Assembly (NCBI GenBank): GCA_965204535.1
Contig: CBDBEV010000001.1
Span: forward strand, 1,856,001 to 1,920,000
DNA from: a bacterium
Lineage (GTDB): Bacteria > UBA8248
DNA: 64,000 nucleotides
Direction: 5' to 3'
In this document: positions 50,537 to 59,690 of the stretch, one piece after another
Position numbering within the stretch: the first letter of the stretch is position 1
Layout of the letters: every line of letters begins with the position of its first letter
Position numbers and translations under genes: made by a program
Notes under the pieces: generated by a model
Database searches by the model: none
What the model saw: only the letters and a program-made list of their open reading frames with translations
What the model was told of the DNA's origin: nothing

Positions 50537-51547
50537 ATGAAACGTTCCATCAAGTCGATTCTCGTGATTTTGCTGATTGCCGGGTTCGTGGCGTTCACAT
50601 CCCACGCAGCCGTGGCGCAAAAAGCCAACCTCATCTTCTACTCCTCGCTCACCACCGCCGCACAGGCCACTCTGGTGAAGGGCATCGAGAAGAAATTCCC
50701 GGACATCAAGGTGCAGTCCATCACCGCGGGCGGCGTCAGCCTCTATCAGCGTTTCGTGGCCGAGCGCAGCGTGGGCAAGGGCAAGATCGACCTGCTGCAC
50801 TTCAGCTACACGCCGGGCTGGTATGACCTCGCCAAAAGAGGCTACGTGAAGAACGTGACGCAATTCCCCGAGGCCAAGAAATTCCCGGCATGGGGCAAGG
50901 ACGAAAAGGCCCAGTGGGTCGGCCTCCGCGCGCCGACGCTGCAGGTCATCTACAACACCGATAACGTGAAGCCCGGCGAGGCGCCGACGAGCTTTGCGGA
51001 ACTGACGAAGCCCAAATGGAAGAACCGTCTCGTGCTCGTCGACCCGTTCCAGTCCGCGGGCCTGTGGGATTTCTTCTACGGCGCGGAGGGATTCGGCGAA
51101 GAATACATCAAGGGCCTGCTCTATAACGGCGCGCTGGTGCAATCGCGCATGGGCGCCTCCACCGAGCGCGTCGCCACGGGCGAGCGTGACGTGACGATGG
51201 TGTTCGAATACATCGCCATCCGGCGCATCAACAAGGGTGCGAAGATCAAGATCGCCAAGATGGCCGAGGGTACGCCGGTCATCCCCGCTTCGTTCGGGAT
51301 GATCAAGGACGGCCCGAACCCCAAGAACGCGGAGCGCGTATACCGCTGGATCCTCTCCAAGGAAGGCCAGACGGTCATCACCCAGAACGTGAAGATCAAC
51401 TCCGCGCGTTCGGACGTGCCGCACGTGAAGGGCATTCCTTACCCCTTCAAGCCGCTGTATGCGAACTGGGAGAAGGTGTTCAAGGATCAGAAGAAATACC
51501 GCGCCTTCATGACCAAGCACATTCGTGAAGCGAAGAGAAAGAAATAA
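50537..51547 (+). CDS. ABC substrate-binding protein (Fe3+/polyamine/thiamine class)
   Basis: RBS AGGAG; signal peptide; IYNT..V, PTSFAELTKPKWK, PNPKNA. Confidence 0.85.
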   Translation: MKRSIKSILVILLIAGFVAFTSHAAVAQKANLIFYSSLTTAAQATLVKGIEKKFPDIKVQSITAGGVSLYQRFVAERSVGKGKIDLLHFSYTPGWYDLAKRGYVKNVTQFPEAKKFPAWGKDEKAQWVGLRAPTLQVIYNTDNVKPGEAPTSFAELTKPKWKNRLVLVDPFQSAGLWDFFYGAEGFGEEYIKGLLYNGALVQSRMGASTERVATGERDVTMVFEYIAIRRINKGAKIKIAKMAEGTPVIPASFGMIKDGPNPKNAERVYRWILSKEGQTVITQNVKINSARSDVPHVKGIPYPFKPLYANWEKVFKDQKKYRAFMTKHIREAKRKK

Positions 51548-51565
51548 CCGGCTTCGGACCGGTCG

Positions 51566-53290
51566 ATGACTGAGATGCGTCCCCGTTCGTTTGCCATGTT
51601 CAGGCTTCCGGGCACCGTACGGGTACTCGAATGGGGATGTCTTCTCGTCATCGGCTTCATCGTCCTGTACCCGCTGTTCTGGCTGGTGCTGGGCAGCTTC
51701 CGGCCCGACCCGATAAGCACGGACTTCACCCTCGACGCCTACTTCGCCATATTCGAAGAAGAGTACATGGGCGAGGTGTTGTGGAACACCGCCGTCATGT
51801 CGGTCGGGGTCACGAGCCTGTCCGTCCTGATCGGCGTTCCGCTCGCCTGGATCGTCGGGCGCACCGACACGCCGCTCAAGAACTACATCAACATGATAGC
51901 GATTCTGCCCTTCATCATGCCGCCCGTGGTGGTGGCGGTGGCCTGGGCCTATCTCGGCACGCCGCGCGTGGGCTTCGTGAACCTGTTCTGGAAGTGGCTG
52001 GTCGGCACCAAAGAGCCGCTGTTCGACATCTTCACCATGGGCGGGCTCATCTTCGTGATGGCGCTCTCGCTTGCGCCCTACGTGTTCATCTTCACGGTCA
52101 CGGCGTTCAAGAACATGGACCCGACGCTCGAGAACGCCGCCCACGTCAGCGGCGCGAACCAGTGGCAAACGACGATTTGGATCACGCTGCCCATGGCGGC
52201 GCCGGCCATACTCTCCGGCGCGCTGCTCACGTTCATCCAGTCGCTGGAGGTTTTCGCCATACCGGCGACCATCGGCGTCTCGGGCGGCATATACGTGTTC
52301 TCGACCCAGCTCTGGCGCATGATGCTCGGCATCCCGCCGAACTTCTCGCACGCCGCCGCCCTGTCGATCCCCATCCTGCTGGTTTGCGGTCTGGCGCTCT
52401 GGGGGCAGACCCGGGCGCTGGGGCGAAGCGCCAGGTACACCACGGTCGCGGGCAAGAGCTTCCGGCCCCGGCTCGTGGAGCTGGGCCCGTGGAAATACGT
52501 CTCGCTGAGCTTCGCCGCCTTCTATCTTCTGGTGTCGGCGATCCTGCCGGTGCTGACGCTCATCTACGGCACGTTCATCTCCAACCGCGGACGCCCCCCG
52601 ACCCTGGAATACCTCACCCTGGGCCATCTGGTGGAGATCATCACCGGAGACGGGGGCGCGGTCATCCTCCGGTCCATCCAGAACAGCCTGCTTCTCAGTT
52701 TCATGGGCGCTACCATCGGCATCGCGCTCTCCGCCGTGGTCGCCTACTTCGTGGTGCGCAGCACCTGGAAGGGCCGGGGCACGCTCGATTTCCTCGCGCT
52801 CATCCCGGTGGCCATTCCGGGCGCGGTCATCGCCATCGCCATGCTCTGGGCCTACATCCGCGAGCCGTTCAACCTGTATCACACGCTGTGGATCATCCTC
52901 ATCGCCTACATCACGCGCTTCCTGCCGTTCGGCGTGCGGGCGGTTTCGAATTCCATCACGCAAATCCATGAGGAGCTGGAGCGCGCCGCCGCGGTGAGCG
53001 GCGCGAACTGGGGCGTCGTCTTCTGGAAAATCCTCGTGCCCCTGGCCATGCCGGGCATCGTCGCCGGCTGGATCATCCTGTTCGTATCGATGATGCGCGA
53101 ACTGTCTGCCTCTATCATGCTGTTCAGTTCGAACAAGGAGGTGATCAGCACCATCCTGATCCAGCTCTACGACGAGGGGCTCTTCTCGCACGTGTGCATT
53201 CTCTCGCTCATCATTGTTATCCTGTCGCTGGGTTCGGTCGCGCTGGTGCGCTGGCTCACGAAACAAACGGACGTGGAGGGTCTCACCTGA
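51566..53290 (+). CDS. FbpB-like fused ABC permease
   Basis: Two EAA-like motifs (LENAAHVSGA, LERAAAVSGA); many TM segments. Confidence 0.9.
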   Translation: MTEMRPRSFAMFRLPGTVRVLEWGCLLVIGFIVLYPLFWLVLGSFRPDPISTDFTLDAYFAIFEEEYMGEVLWNTAVMSVGVTSLSVLIGVPLAWIVGRTDTPLKNYINMIAILPFIMPPVVVAVAWAYLGTPRVGFVNLFWKWLVGTKEPLFDIFTMGGLIFVMALSLAPYVFIFTVTAFKNMDPTLENAAHVSGANQWQTTIWITLPMAAPAILSGALLTFIQSLEVFAIPATIGVSGGIYVFSTQLWRMMLGIPPNFSHAAALSIPILLVCGLALWGQTRALGRSARYTTVAGKSFRPRLVELGPWKYVSLSFAAFYLLVSAILPVLTLIYGTFISNRGRPPTLEYLTLGHLVEIITGDGGAVILRSIQNSLLLSFMGATIGIALSAVVAYFVVRSTWKGRGTLDFLALIPVAIPGAVIAIAMLWAYIREPFNLYHTLWIILIAYITRFLPFGVRAVSNSITQIHEELERAAAVSGANWGVVFWKILVPLAMPGIVAGWIILFVSMMRELSASIMLFSSNKEVISTILIQLYDEGLFSHVCILSLIIVILSLGSVALVRWLTKQTDVEGLT

Positions 53291-54387
53291 TGCAAAACGT
53301 ACGGGTCGAGAAACTGGTCAAGAGATTCGGCGACGTGGTCGCCGTCGGCGGGGTTTCCTTCGAGGTGCCCAAGGGCAAGCTGCTGACCCTGCTGGGGCCG
53401 AGCGGCTGCGGTAAGACGACCACCCTGAACATCATCGCCGGTTTCGAGACCCCCGACGACGGAGACGTCCACGTCGGCGAGAGGCTCATATCGAGCGCGT
53501 CCGAGAACGTGCTGGTGCCGGCGCACAAGCGAAACCTCGGCATGGTCTTTCAGTCCTACGGGCTGTGGCCGCACTTGCGGGTGCGCGACAACGTCGCTTT
53601 CGGCCTGCAGATGCGCAAGACGCCGAAAAGCGAAATCGCAGGCGCCGTGGAGCGCGCCCTGGGGCTCGTGCGGCTCGAAGGTCTGGGGGAGCGCTACCCC
53701 TCGCAGCTCTCCGGCGGCCAGCAGCAGCGCGTCGCCTTCGCCCGCGCGCTGGTGTACGAACCCGACGTGCTGCTCCTCGACGAACCCCTCTCGAACCTCG
53801 ATGCGGCGCTGCGCGAGGAGATGCGCTTGGAGCTCAAGGAACTGCAAACCGAATCCGGCATCACCACCATATTCGTCACCCACGACCAGGTCGAGGCGAT
53901 GGTGATGAGCGACATCATCGTGGTCATGAACGAGGGGCGCATCGAACAGATGGGCTCGCCGAGCGACGTCTACCAGAACCCCGCCAACCAGTTCGTCGCC
54001 GGTTTCGTCGGCATCTCGAACTTCCTGGAAGGCGAAGTCGTCGCCGCAGGCGTGGGCGACGCGCAGACGGCGGTGAAGGTCGGCGAGGTGACGCTGCTGT
54101 GCAGAACCGCTGGCGTTTCGGAAGGATCGAGAGTGTTGCTCTCGATCCGGCCCGAGGATTGCGTCGCAAGCACGGAAGCGCCTCACGAGGGGACCCCGAA
54201 CGTCATCGAGTGCAGCGTCGACAAGGCGGTGTACATGGGCGGGGTGCTGGAACTCTGGCTGTCTGCCTCCGGCCAGAAAATCCGCGTCCACGGCCACCGG
54301 CTGCCGATACTCGAATCGGGGGCTACGATTTACGTTTCCATCGACCCCGCCTCAATCAACGCGATCAAAGGCGGGTCTTCGACATAA
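53290..54387 (+). CDS. ABC ATP-binding protein (FbpC/PotA-like)
   Basis: GPSGCGKTT, LSGGQQQR, LLLDEPLSNLDA; TGATG coupling with the permease. Confidence 0.92.
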   Translation: MQNVRVEKLVKRFGDVVAVGGVSFEVPKGKLLTLLGPSGCGKTTTLNIIAGFETPDDGDVHVGERLISSASENVLVPAHKRNLGMVFQSYGLWPHLRVRDNVAFGLQMRKTPKSEIAGAVERALGLVRLEGLGERYPSQLSGGQQQRVAFARALVYEPDVLLLDEPLSNLDAALREEMRLELKELQTESGITTIFVTHDQVEAMVMSDIIVVMNEGRIEQMGSPSDVYQNPANQFVAGFVGISNFLEGEVVAAGVGDAQTAVKVGEVTLLCRTAGVSEGSRVLLSIRPEDCVASTEAPHEGTPNVIECSVDKAVYMGGVLELWLSASGQKIRVHGHRLPILESGATIYVSIDPASINAIKGGSST

Positions 54388-54451
54388 GGATGCCGGGAGA
54401 GTTCCCGCAGGATTGAGCGGCGCCCCGGGGCGCCTGAACGAGGAGGCGTAC

Positions 54452-55846
54452 ATGAGCGTTACCGAACGGATGGCGGAGTTCGTCGTCGAGACGAAGTGGG
54501 CGGATTTTCCGGCGCTGGTGGTCGAGCGCGCGAAAAAGGCGGTGGTCGACACCGTGGGCGTGACGCTGGCGGGGGTGAATGAGCCCGTCGGGCGTATCGT
54601 GGCCGATTTCGCGCGGAAAATGGGTGGCGCGCCCGAGGCGATCATTATCGGGGTGAACGCCCGCGCCGCGGCGCCGATGGCCGCCCTCGTCAACGGGGCG
54701 ATGGGCCACGCGCTCGATTTCGACGATTCGAGCTATCTGCTGAACGGCCACCCCAGCGTGGTCTTGTTGCCCGCCGTCCTGGCGCAAGGAGAGGCGCAGG
54801 GAGCGTCCGGCCGCGAGGTTCTGGAGGCCTTCATCATCGGCTACGAGATTTCGACGAAGCTGGGCGAGGGCATGAATCCCGAACACTACGGCGCGGGCTG
54901 GCATTCCACCTGCACGCTCGGCACGATGGGCGCGGCGGCGGCGGCCGCCCACCTGCGCGGGTTTGACGCCGAGACGACGCGCCACGCGCTCGGCATCGCG
55001 GCCTCTCACGCCTCGGGCGTTCACGCGAACTTCGGCACGATGACGAAGCCGCTCCACGCAGGGCTCGCGCCCGAGGCCGGCCTTCGCGCGGCGGAACTCG
55101 CAGCGGCGGGCCTCACGGCGAGCACGACGATTCTCGAAGCGCCGCGCGGATTTTTCGACGTATACGCGGGCGGCGGCTCGCCTGATGGCGAGGCGATCAT
55201 CGAGAGCCTCGGGCGGCCCTACGCCCTGGCGGAGCCGGGCATGAACATGAAGCCCTACCCGTGCTGCCTCTCGACCCACCCGGCGGTGGACGCGCTCTAC
55301 GACCTGGTGGAGGAGGCGGGCGTTACGGCGGCGGACGTGGCGCGCATCGATGTTTCCCTGGTCGAGATCGCCACGCAGGTGCTTCGCTATCACGCGCCCC
55401 AAACGGGGCTCGAGGGCAAATTCTCCATCGAGTACTGCCTCGCGCGCATGCTGCTGGATAGGGACTTGCGCCTGGAGACCTTCACGGACGAAGCGGTGCA
55501 AAAACCCTTGCTCCAGGAGTGGATGGGGCGAGTTCACGTGAGCACAGACGATATGGGCTGGCAGCCCGGTATGCGTAAGCCGAGCGAGGTGCGGGTATAC
55601 CTGAGCGATGGAAGCACCCTCAAAAAGAGAACGGACGTCTCGCGCGGCTGCGCGCTCTGGCCGATGGAGAATGAGAAGATACGCTCCAAATTCCGCGATT
55701 GCGCGAAATCCGCTCTGGAAGCAGAGGAGTACGAAGAGGTTCTCTCGCGTCTCGAATCCTTGGAAGCGGAACCCGGGATCGATTCGCTGATGCGTCTTTT
55801 AGGCGGCGCGGGCGCGCGGGAGCGGACGGCGGGACAGACGGCGTGA
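54452..55846 (+). CDS. MmgE/PrpD family protein
   Basis: NGAMGHALDFDD, GHPS, GWHST, KPLHAG, KPYPCC, KFS. Confidence 0.92.
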   Translation: MSVTERMAEFVVETKWADFPALVVERAKKAVVDTVGVTLAGVNEPVGRIVADFARKMGGAPEAIIIGVNARAAAPMAALVNGAMGHALDFDDSSYLLNGHPSVVLLPAVLAQGEAQGASGREVLEAFIIGYEISTKLGEGMNPEHYGAGWHSTCTLGTMGAAAAAAHLRGFDAETTRHALGIAASHASGVHANFGTMTKPLHAGLAPEAGLRAAELAAAGLTASTTILEAPRGFFDVYAGGGSPDGEAIIESLGRPYALAEPGMNMKPYPCCLSTHPAVDALYDLVEEAGVTAADVARIDVSLVEIATQVLRYHAPQTGLEGKFSIEYCLARMLLDRDLRLETFTDEAVQKPLLQEWMGRVHVSTDDMGWQPGMRKPSEVRVYLSDGSTLKKRTDVSRGCALWPMENEKIRSKFRDCAKSALEAEEYEEVLSRLESLEAEPGIDSLMRLLGGAGARERTAGQTA

Positions 55847-55876
55847 GGGCCCTGGAGTCTTCGTAACGATCGATGG

Positions 55877-56446
55877 CTAGCGGTGCAGCCTCTCGCACCG
55901 GGCGATGGCGGCGGATAGTTTTTCCTGCGGCTCCGTCCCGATGTTCACCGCGAATTTGAGCCCCGAGAGCTTCTGGATGCACGCCTCGTAGGGGAGATTC
56001 CGGAAGGCCAAGGCGAAGCGCTCGCATCCGTCCGCATTCCCGTCGAAGCTGAACCCTATGATATTCTCCGCTTCGTCGGCTTCCACCTTGATCGTGCAGT
56101 GGTGGAGCACCGTTTTTTCCACCTGATGCGTTTCGCACACTCTCCTCACTTCGCGGCGGCCCCGGGGGTGGAACACGATCTCATCCCGGCAGATGGTCTC
56201 CGGCGCGAGGTACGTGAAGGCTTTTCTGTGGTCCCAGGTGTAGACTTTCCGGTCGCCGACGCTGACGTCGCTCTCCGGATACCCTATCTGCTGGACGAGG
56301 CTCTCGACGGGAGCGCCCACCATAGAGGACAGCCCCTCCCGCAGCACGCCGATGGTGGGGAACGTCTGGACCGCGCAGCCCGTGAGCAAGAGGGCGAATG
56401 CAATGGCGGTGGAGCATTTGAGCCCTTGGGCGTTAAGGCGGGGCAT
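55877..56446 (-). CDS. Hypothetical cysteine-rich lipoprotein
   Basis: Lipobox LLTGC; GAPVESLVQQIGYP...VYTW; several further Cys. Confidence 0.6.
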   Translation of the reverse strand: MPRLNAQGLKCSTAIAFALLLTGCAVQTFPTIGVLREGLSSMVGAPVESLVQQIGYPESDVSVGDRKVYTWDHRKAFTYLAPETICRDEIVFHPRGRREVRRVCETHQVEKTVLHHCTIKVEADEAENIIGFSFDGNADGCERFALAFRNLPYEACIQKLSGLKFAVNIGTEPQEKLSAAIARCERLHR

Positions 56447-56703
56447 GCGGAACTTCCTCCGGGAATTCTTGCGTGAAACAGCGGCTTGCGAATGAGATAT
56501 TACCACATTCTTGAATTGCCGAATCGCCCGCAAGCGCACCCCGTGGTTCTCGTGCGTATAACGGATGGATTCTATAGAATGGGCGAACCCGGTGTTGCAG
56601 ATGAAAGGGTTCCCGAGCGCCCGATTGCTCCAACCGGCAAGGGGTTATGGCGTGCACCCTCTACGAAATATGGGGAGCAATAGACAGGAGGAGACGTATT
56701 AAA

Positions 56704-57108
56704 ATGCCGTTTTACAGAGCATCCGAGATGGCCGAATCGCACGTCGCCGCACAGCCCATGGGCCGCTTCAAGGGGCTGGCGGGGGAGTTGATGAAGGTGG
56801 GCTTCGTCACCTATCCCAAGGGCAAGATGTCGAGACCCCACTACCACCCGAACGAGGAGCAGTTCCTCTTCATCCTCGAAGGCAGGCAGTGGATGATCGT
56901 GGGCGATGAGGAGAGTCTGGTCGTCGCGGGCGATCTCGTCCACATCCCCCGTGGGGCGAAGCACGGCGGCGTCATCATCGACGAGGTGCGCATGTTCACC
57001 GCCAAGAGTCCCGCCGGCGACGGGCGTCTCGATCAGGATCACCACGACGCGGAGGACGCCGAAGCGATCGTCCGCCGCCTGCAAGAAAAACTCAGCGAAT
57101 ATACCTAA
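56704..57108 (+). CDS. Cupin domain protein
   Basis: PHYHPNEEQ...GDLVHIPRGAKHG; RBS AGGAG. Confidence 0.88.
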   Translation: MPFYRASEMAESHVAAQPMGRFKGLAGELMKVGFVTYPKGKMSRPHYHPNEEQFLFILEGRQWMIVGDEESLVVAGDLVHIPRGAKHGGVIIDEVRMFTAKSPAGDGRLDQDHHDAEDAEAIVRRLQEKLSEYT

Positions 57109-57119
57109 AGGAGAAAATC

Positions 57120-57533
57120 ATGCCGTTCTACAAGATTTCCGAGATGGAAGAGGTCCGCGCCGCGATATCGCCTGCGACCGCCAAGACAGTGCCCGGCGAA
57201 CTGATGAAGGTGGGTATTGTGACGTACCTGAAGGGCGAGGGCGCGACGCCGCACTACCACCCCAACGAGGAGCAGTTCTACCTCGTCCTCGAAGGCAAGC
57301 GCTTCGTGATCGTGGGCGATGAGGAGCGGGTCGTCGAGCCGGGCGACCTCGTCCACATCCCCCGGAACACGCGCCACGGCGGGCGCACCATCGGTGAGAA
57401 GTCCGTGTTCTTCGTCGTGAAGAGCCCCTGCGGCGACGGCGATCTGGCGCAGGACTACAACGCGGCATCCGACGCCGCCGAGGTTATCGACCGGCTCGAG
57501 AGCAAGCTGGACGAACTGAGCGGGGAGGGGTAG
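57120..57533 (+). CDS. Cupin domain protein (tandem paralog)
   Basis: PHYHPNEEQ...GDLVHIPRNTRHG; highly similar to the upstream gene. Confidence 0.88.
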   Translation: MPFYKISEMEEVRAAISPATAKTVPGELMKVGIVTYLKGEGATPHYHPNEEQFYLVLEGKRFVIVGDEERVVEPGDLVHIPRNTRHGGRTIGEKSVFFVVKSPCGDGDLAQDYNAASDAAEVIDRLESKLDELSGEG

Positions 57534-57656
57534 TTCAGGTCGTTGCCGCGTCCGGGGTCGACGAACAGAATTTGCATCAAATAAAACTAAGCAACGATGG
57601 TTTGGTGGAGCGAAGTCATAGAAGCATCCGAAGTTCATACTGCTCGTGTTTGAAGT

Positions 57657-59399
57657 GTGGACGAAGTGGAGAAAATGGGCCCTATGCCGAGCTATGAGCA
57701 CAAGAGACTGGTCGAGCGCATCAAGCATCTCGACGAATTGCCGGAAGACGAAGCGGAGTATGCAAACTGGATCAAGGCTGAAGGACATCTCGGTTTGTTG
57801 CGGGATAACGCGGAAGAAGATGAGCTAATCATGTATGCGTCAGGTGCTAATCCATTAGGAATCTTCATTCGTGCTGTTGTTGTCGATGAGAACAGCATCT
57901 TCCCTTTAGATAAAGATGATTTGCTACGTTGGTGCGCCAATCCGAATAGTTCTTTGGCAAGCTATAACTTTGAAATGGGGAAAGAAATTGTCTGGATGGA
58001 AAGAAACGAACATCTTTTGGGCAGCGAGGCTCTCAGTAAAGCACAACAGCTTGTGTTTAGTCGCCACTTCGATGGCTTGCAAGTAAAAGATAGCTCATAT
58101 TTCGAGATTAAACAGGAATATGCACATCTCAACGAAATCCACTGGCGTCCTGAGCGGAGCGCCTATTGTCGTTTCGATAGGAGTGGAGAATTCGACCATA
58201 TCGTTTCGGTCACATCCAGGAAAGACAAAGAAGACGTGGCACTCGTATCGTTCAAGCGCGAACCTCTGGAACTGTATCTCGCCGCCTCAAACTCTGTACT
58301 GATTCGCATCTTTAACTTCCAATTGTGGCGACAAGGGAATACTGATCGCTGGTCCGGTGGAGATGAAAAAAGGGTAATCGAGAGCGACACCTTCTTTTAT
58401 TTGCAAAAAGTCATTGGTGGATACGCAGGGTACTCCCGGGGCGTGCAAATCATCCGCCCGAGCCACCCGAAATCGCAGATTTTTTCTTCTTTTACAAGAC
58501 AATGGTTTGGGCATGAAGAAGCGGAGCATGTTGAGTTTATAGCGTACGATTGTCGTAATGAGCGGGTCACAAAGATTTCGACAGACCCGGCAGCCACGAC
58601 CGACTATTTTCAAGCTAAGGAAAACGCCCTTCCATACAAGTATTCCCCCGCATTTTTTCACCCTGACGTTTTGCTGAAATACAAAGGGGATAGCGACAAA
58701 TACACGGTCAGCGAACGAGACATCTATTGCCGAGGTGGATGGATGCTCGGTAGCTACGACGTGAACGAGGCCGGACAAGTGCATACCTACATATCTGATC
58801 TTCAGGCTCTACCCCATCAGGAACAACTGTACTGGCTGAGCTACAACGAGAAACCTAAAGCGGGGATTTCCAAACGCGCTATGGAAACTGATTTCAAAGG
58901 AGAATGGGCCGACCCCAGTCCTCTTGAGGATGTTGTATCCATTCTGCGCAAATGGACTGAATCAAACCGTACATGGTGGAAGCTTCGAGAAGAAGCGTTG
59001 CTAGAGCGCGTTCATATACCTCGCACGTCAAGCCGCGACGAGTGGGGGAGCGCGTTCGGGCTTCTCGCGAATTTGATCATCGAGGGCTTTCAAATCAAAG
59101 CTATTCGCGCAAAGCTTGAAAAAACGAACATTGCCTTTGGCAAAGATGATCAGAGCTTGGCGTTGCTGGAAAAATTCCTCATCGGACGTGAGAAGTTCGA
59201 CGAAGGTCAGAGGCTTGAAGGGCTAAGAACGGTTCAACGTATCCGAAGCGTAGGGAGTAACACCCATCCCCGTGGTGATACGGCCAGCGATTTGGCGAAT
59301 AATGCTTTGAAAGAACATGGCGCATATTCCGCTCATTTTGAAAGCGTTTGCAGAACGGTCAAAAGCGAACTCGAATTGATTGAGGAGGCTCTTTCATAA
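57657..59399 (+). CDS. Hypothetical protein, possible C-terminal HEPN-like domain
   Basis: Long ORF with lower GC than the flanks; C-terminal helical region with IRSVGSNTH (Rx6H); start may be ATG 57675 or 57684. Confidence 0.6.
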   Translation: MDEVEKMGPMPSYEHKRLVERIKHLDELPEDEAEYANWIKAEGHLGLLRDNAEEDELIMYASGANPLGIFIRAVVVDENSIFPLDKDDLLRWCANPNSSLASYNFEMGKEIVWMERNEHLLGSEALSKAQQLVFSRHFDGLQVKDSSYFEIKQEYAHLNEIHWRPERSAYCRFDRSGEFDHIVSVTSRKDKEDVALVSFKREPLELYLAASNSVLIRIFNFQLWRQGNTDRWSGGDEKRVIESDTFFYLQKVIGGYAGYSRGVQIIRPSHPKSQIFSSFTRQWFGHEEAEHVEFIAYDCRNERVTKISTDPAATTDYFQAKENALPYKYSPAFFHPDVLLKYKGDSDKYTVSERDIYCRGGWMLGSYDVNEAGQVHTYISDLQALPHQEQLYWLSYNEKPKAGISKRAMETDFKGEWADPSPLEDVVSILRKWTESNRTWWKLREEALLERVHIPRTSSRDEWGSAFGLLANLIIEGFQIKAIRAKLEKTNIAFGKDDQSLALLEKFLIGREKFDEGQRLEGLRTVQRIRSVGSNTHPRGDTASDLANNALKEHGAYSAHFESVCRTVKSELELIEEALS

Positions 59400-59480
59400 G
59401 GATTGCGTTGTGTATTCTTTTCTAGGAACTTCTCGAATCTTCATGATTCACCCCGAAACCATCCGCCAAAGAATCCACCC

Positions 59481-59670
59481 ATGAAGGCGATGCGGCTGGA
59501 GGAGGTGGATGAGCCTGCGCGGGGCGAGTTGCTCGTGCGGATGAGGGCGGCGGGTGCGAACCCGAGCGACGTCGCCACCCGCTCGGGCAAGAGCCATCAC
59601 TCGGGCCACCATACGCCGCCTTATATTCCCGGCTTGGAAGCCTCGGGGGAGGTGATCGGAATCGGCGCGT
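59481..59670 (+). pseudogene. Truncated NADPH:quinone oxidoreductase (MDR family) N-terminal fragment
   Basis: MKAMRLEEVDEP..GELLVRMRAAGANPSD...PPYIPGLEASGEV, then runs into the convergent gene end; host-like GC. Confidence 0.65.
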
Positions 59671-59690
59671 GCCGCTTGAGGCAGACGCGG

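Noticed and set aside
50240-53266. 1008-aa minus-strand ORF
   Set aside because: Antisense shadow of the ABC SBP and permease; no recognisable motifs.
56578-56627. Hairpin in the lipoprotein-cupin intergenic region as a possible ncRNA
   Set aside because: Pairing is modest for GC-rich DNA and matches no family I recognise.
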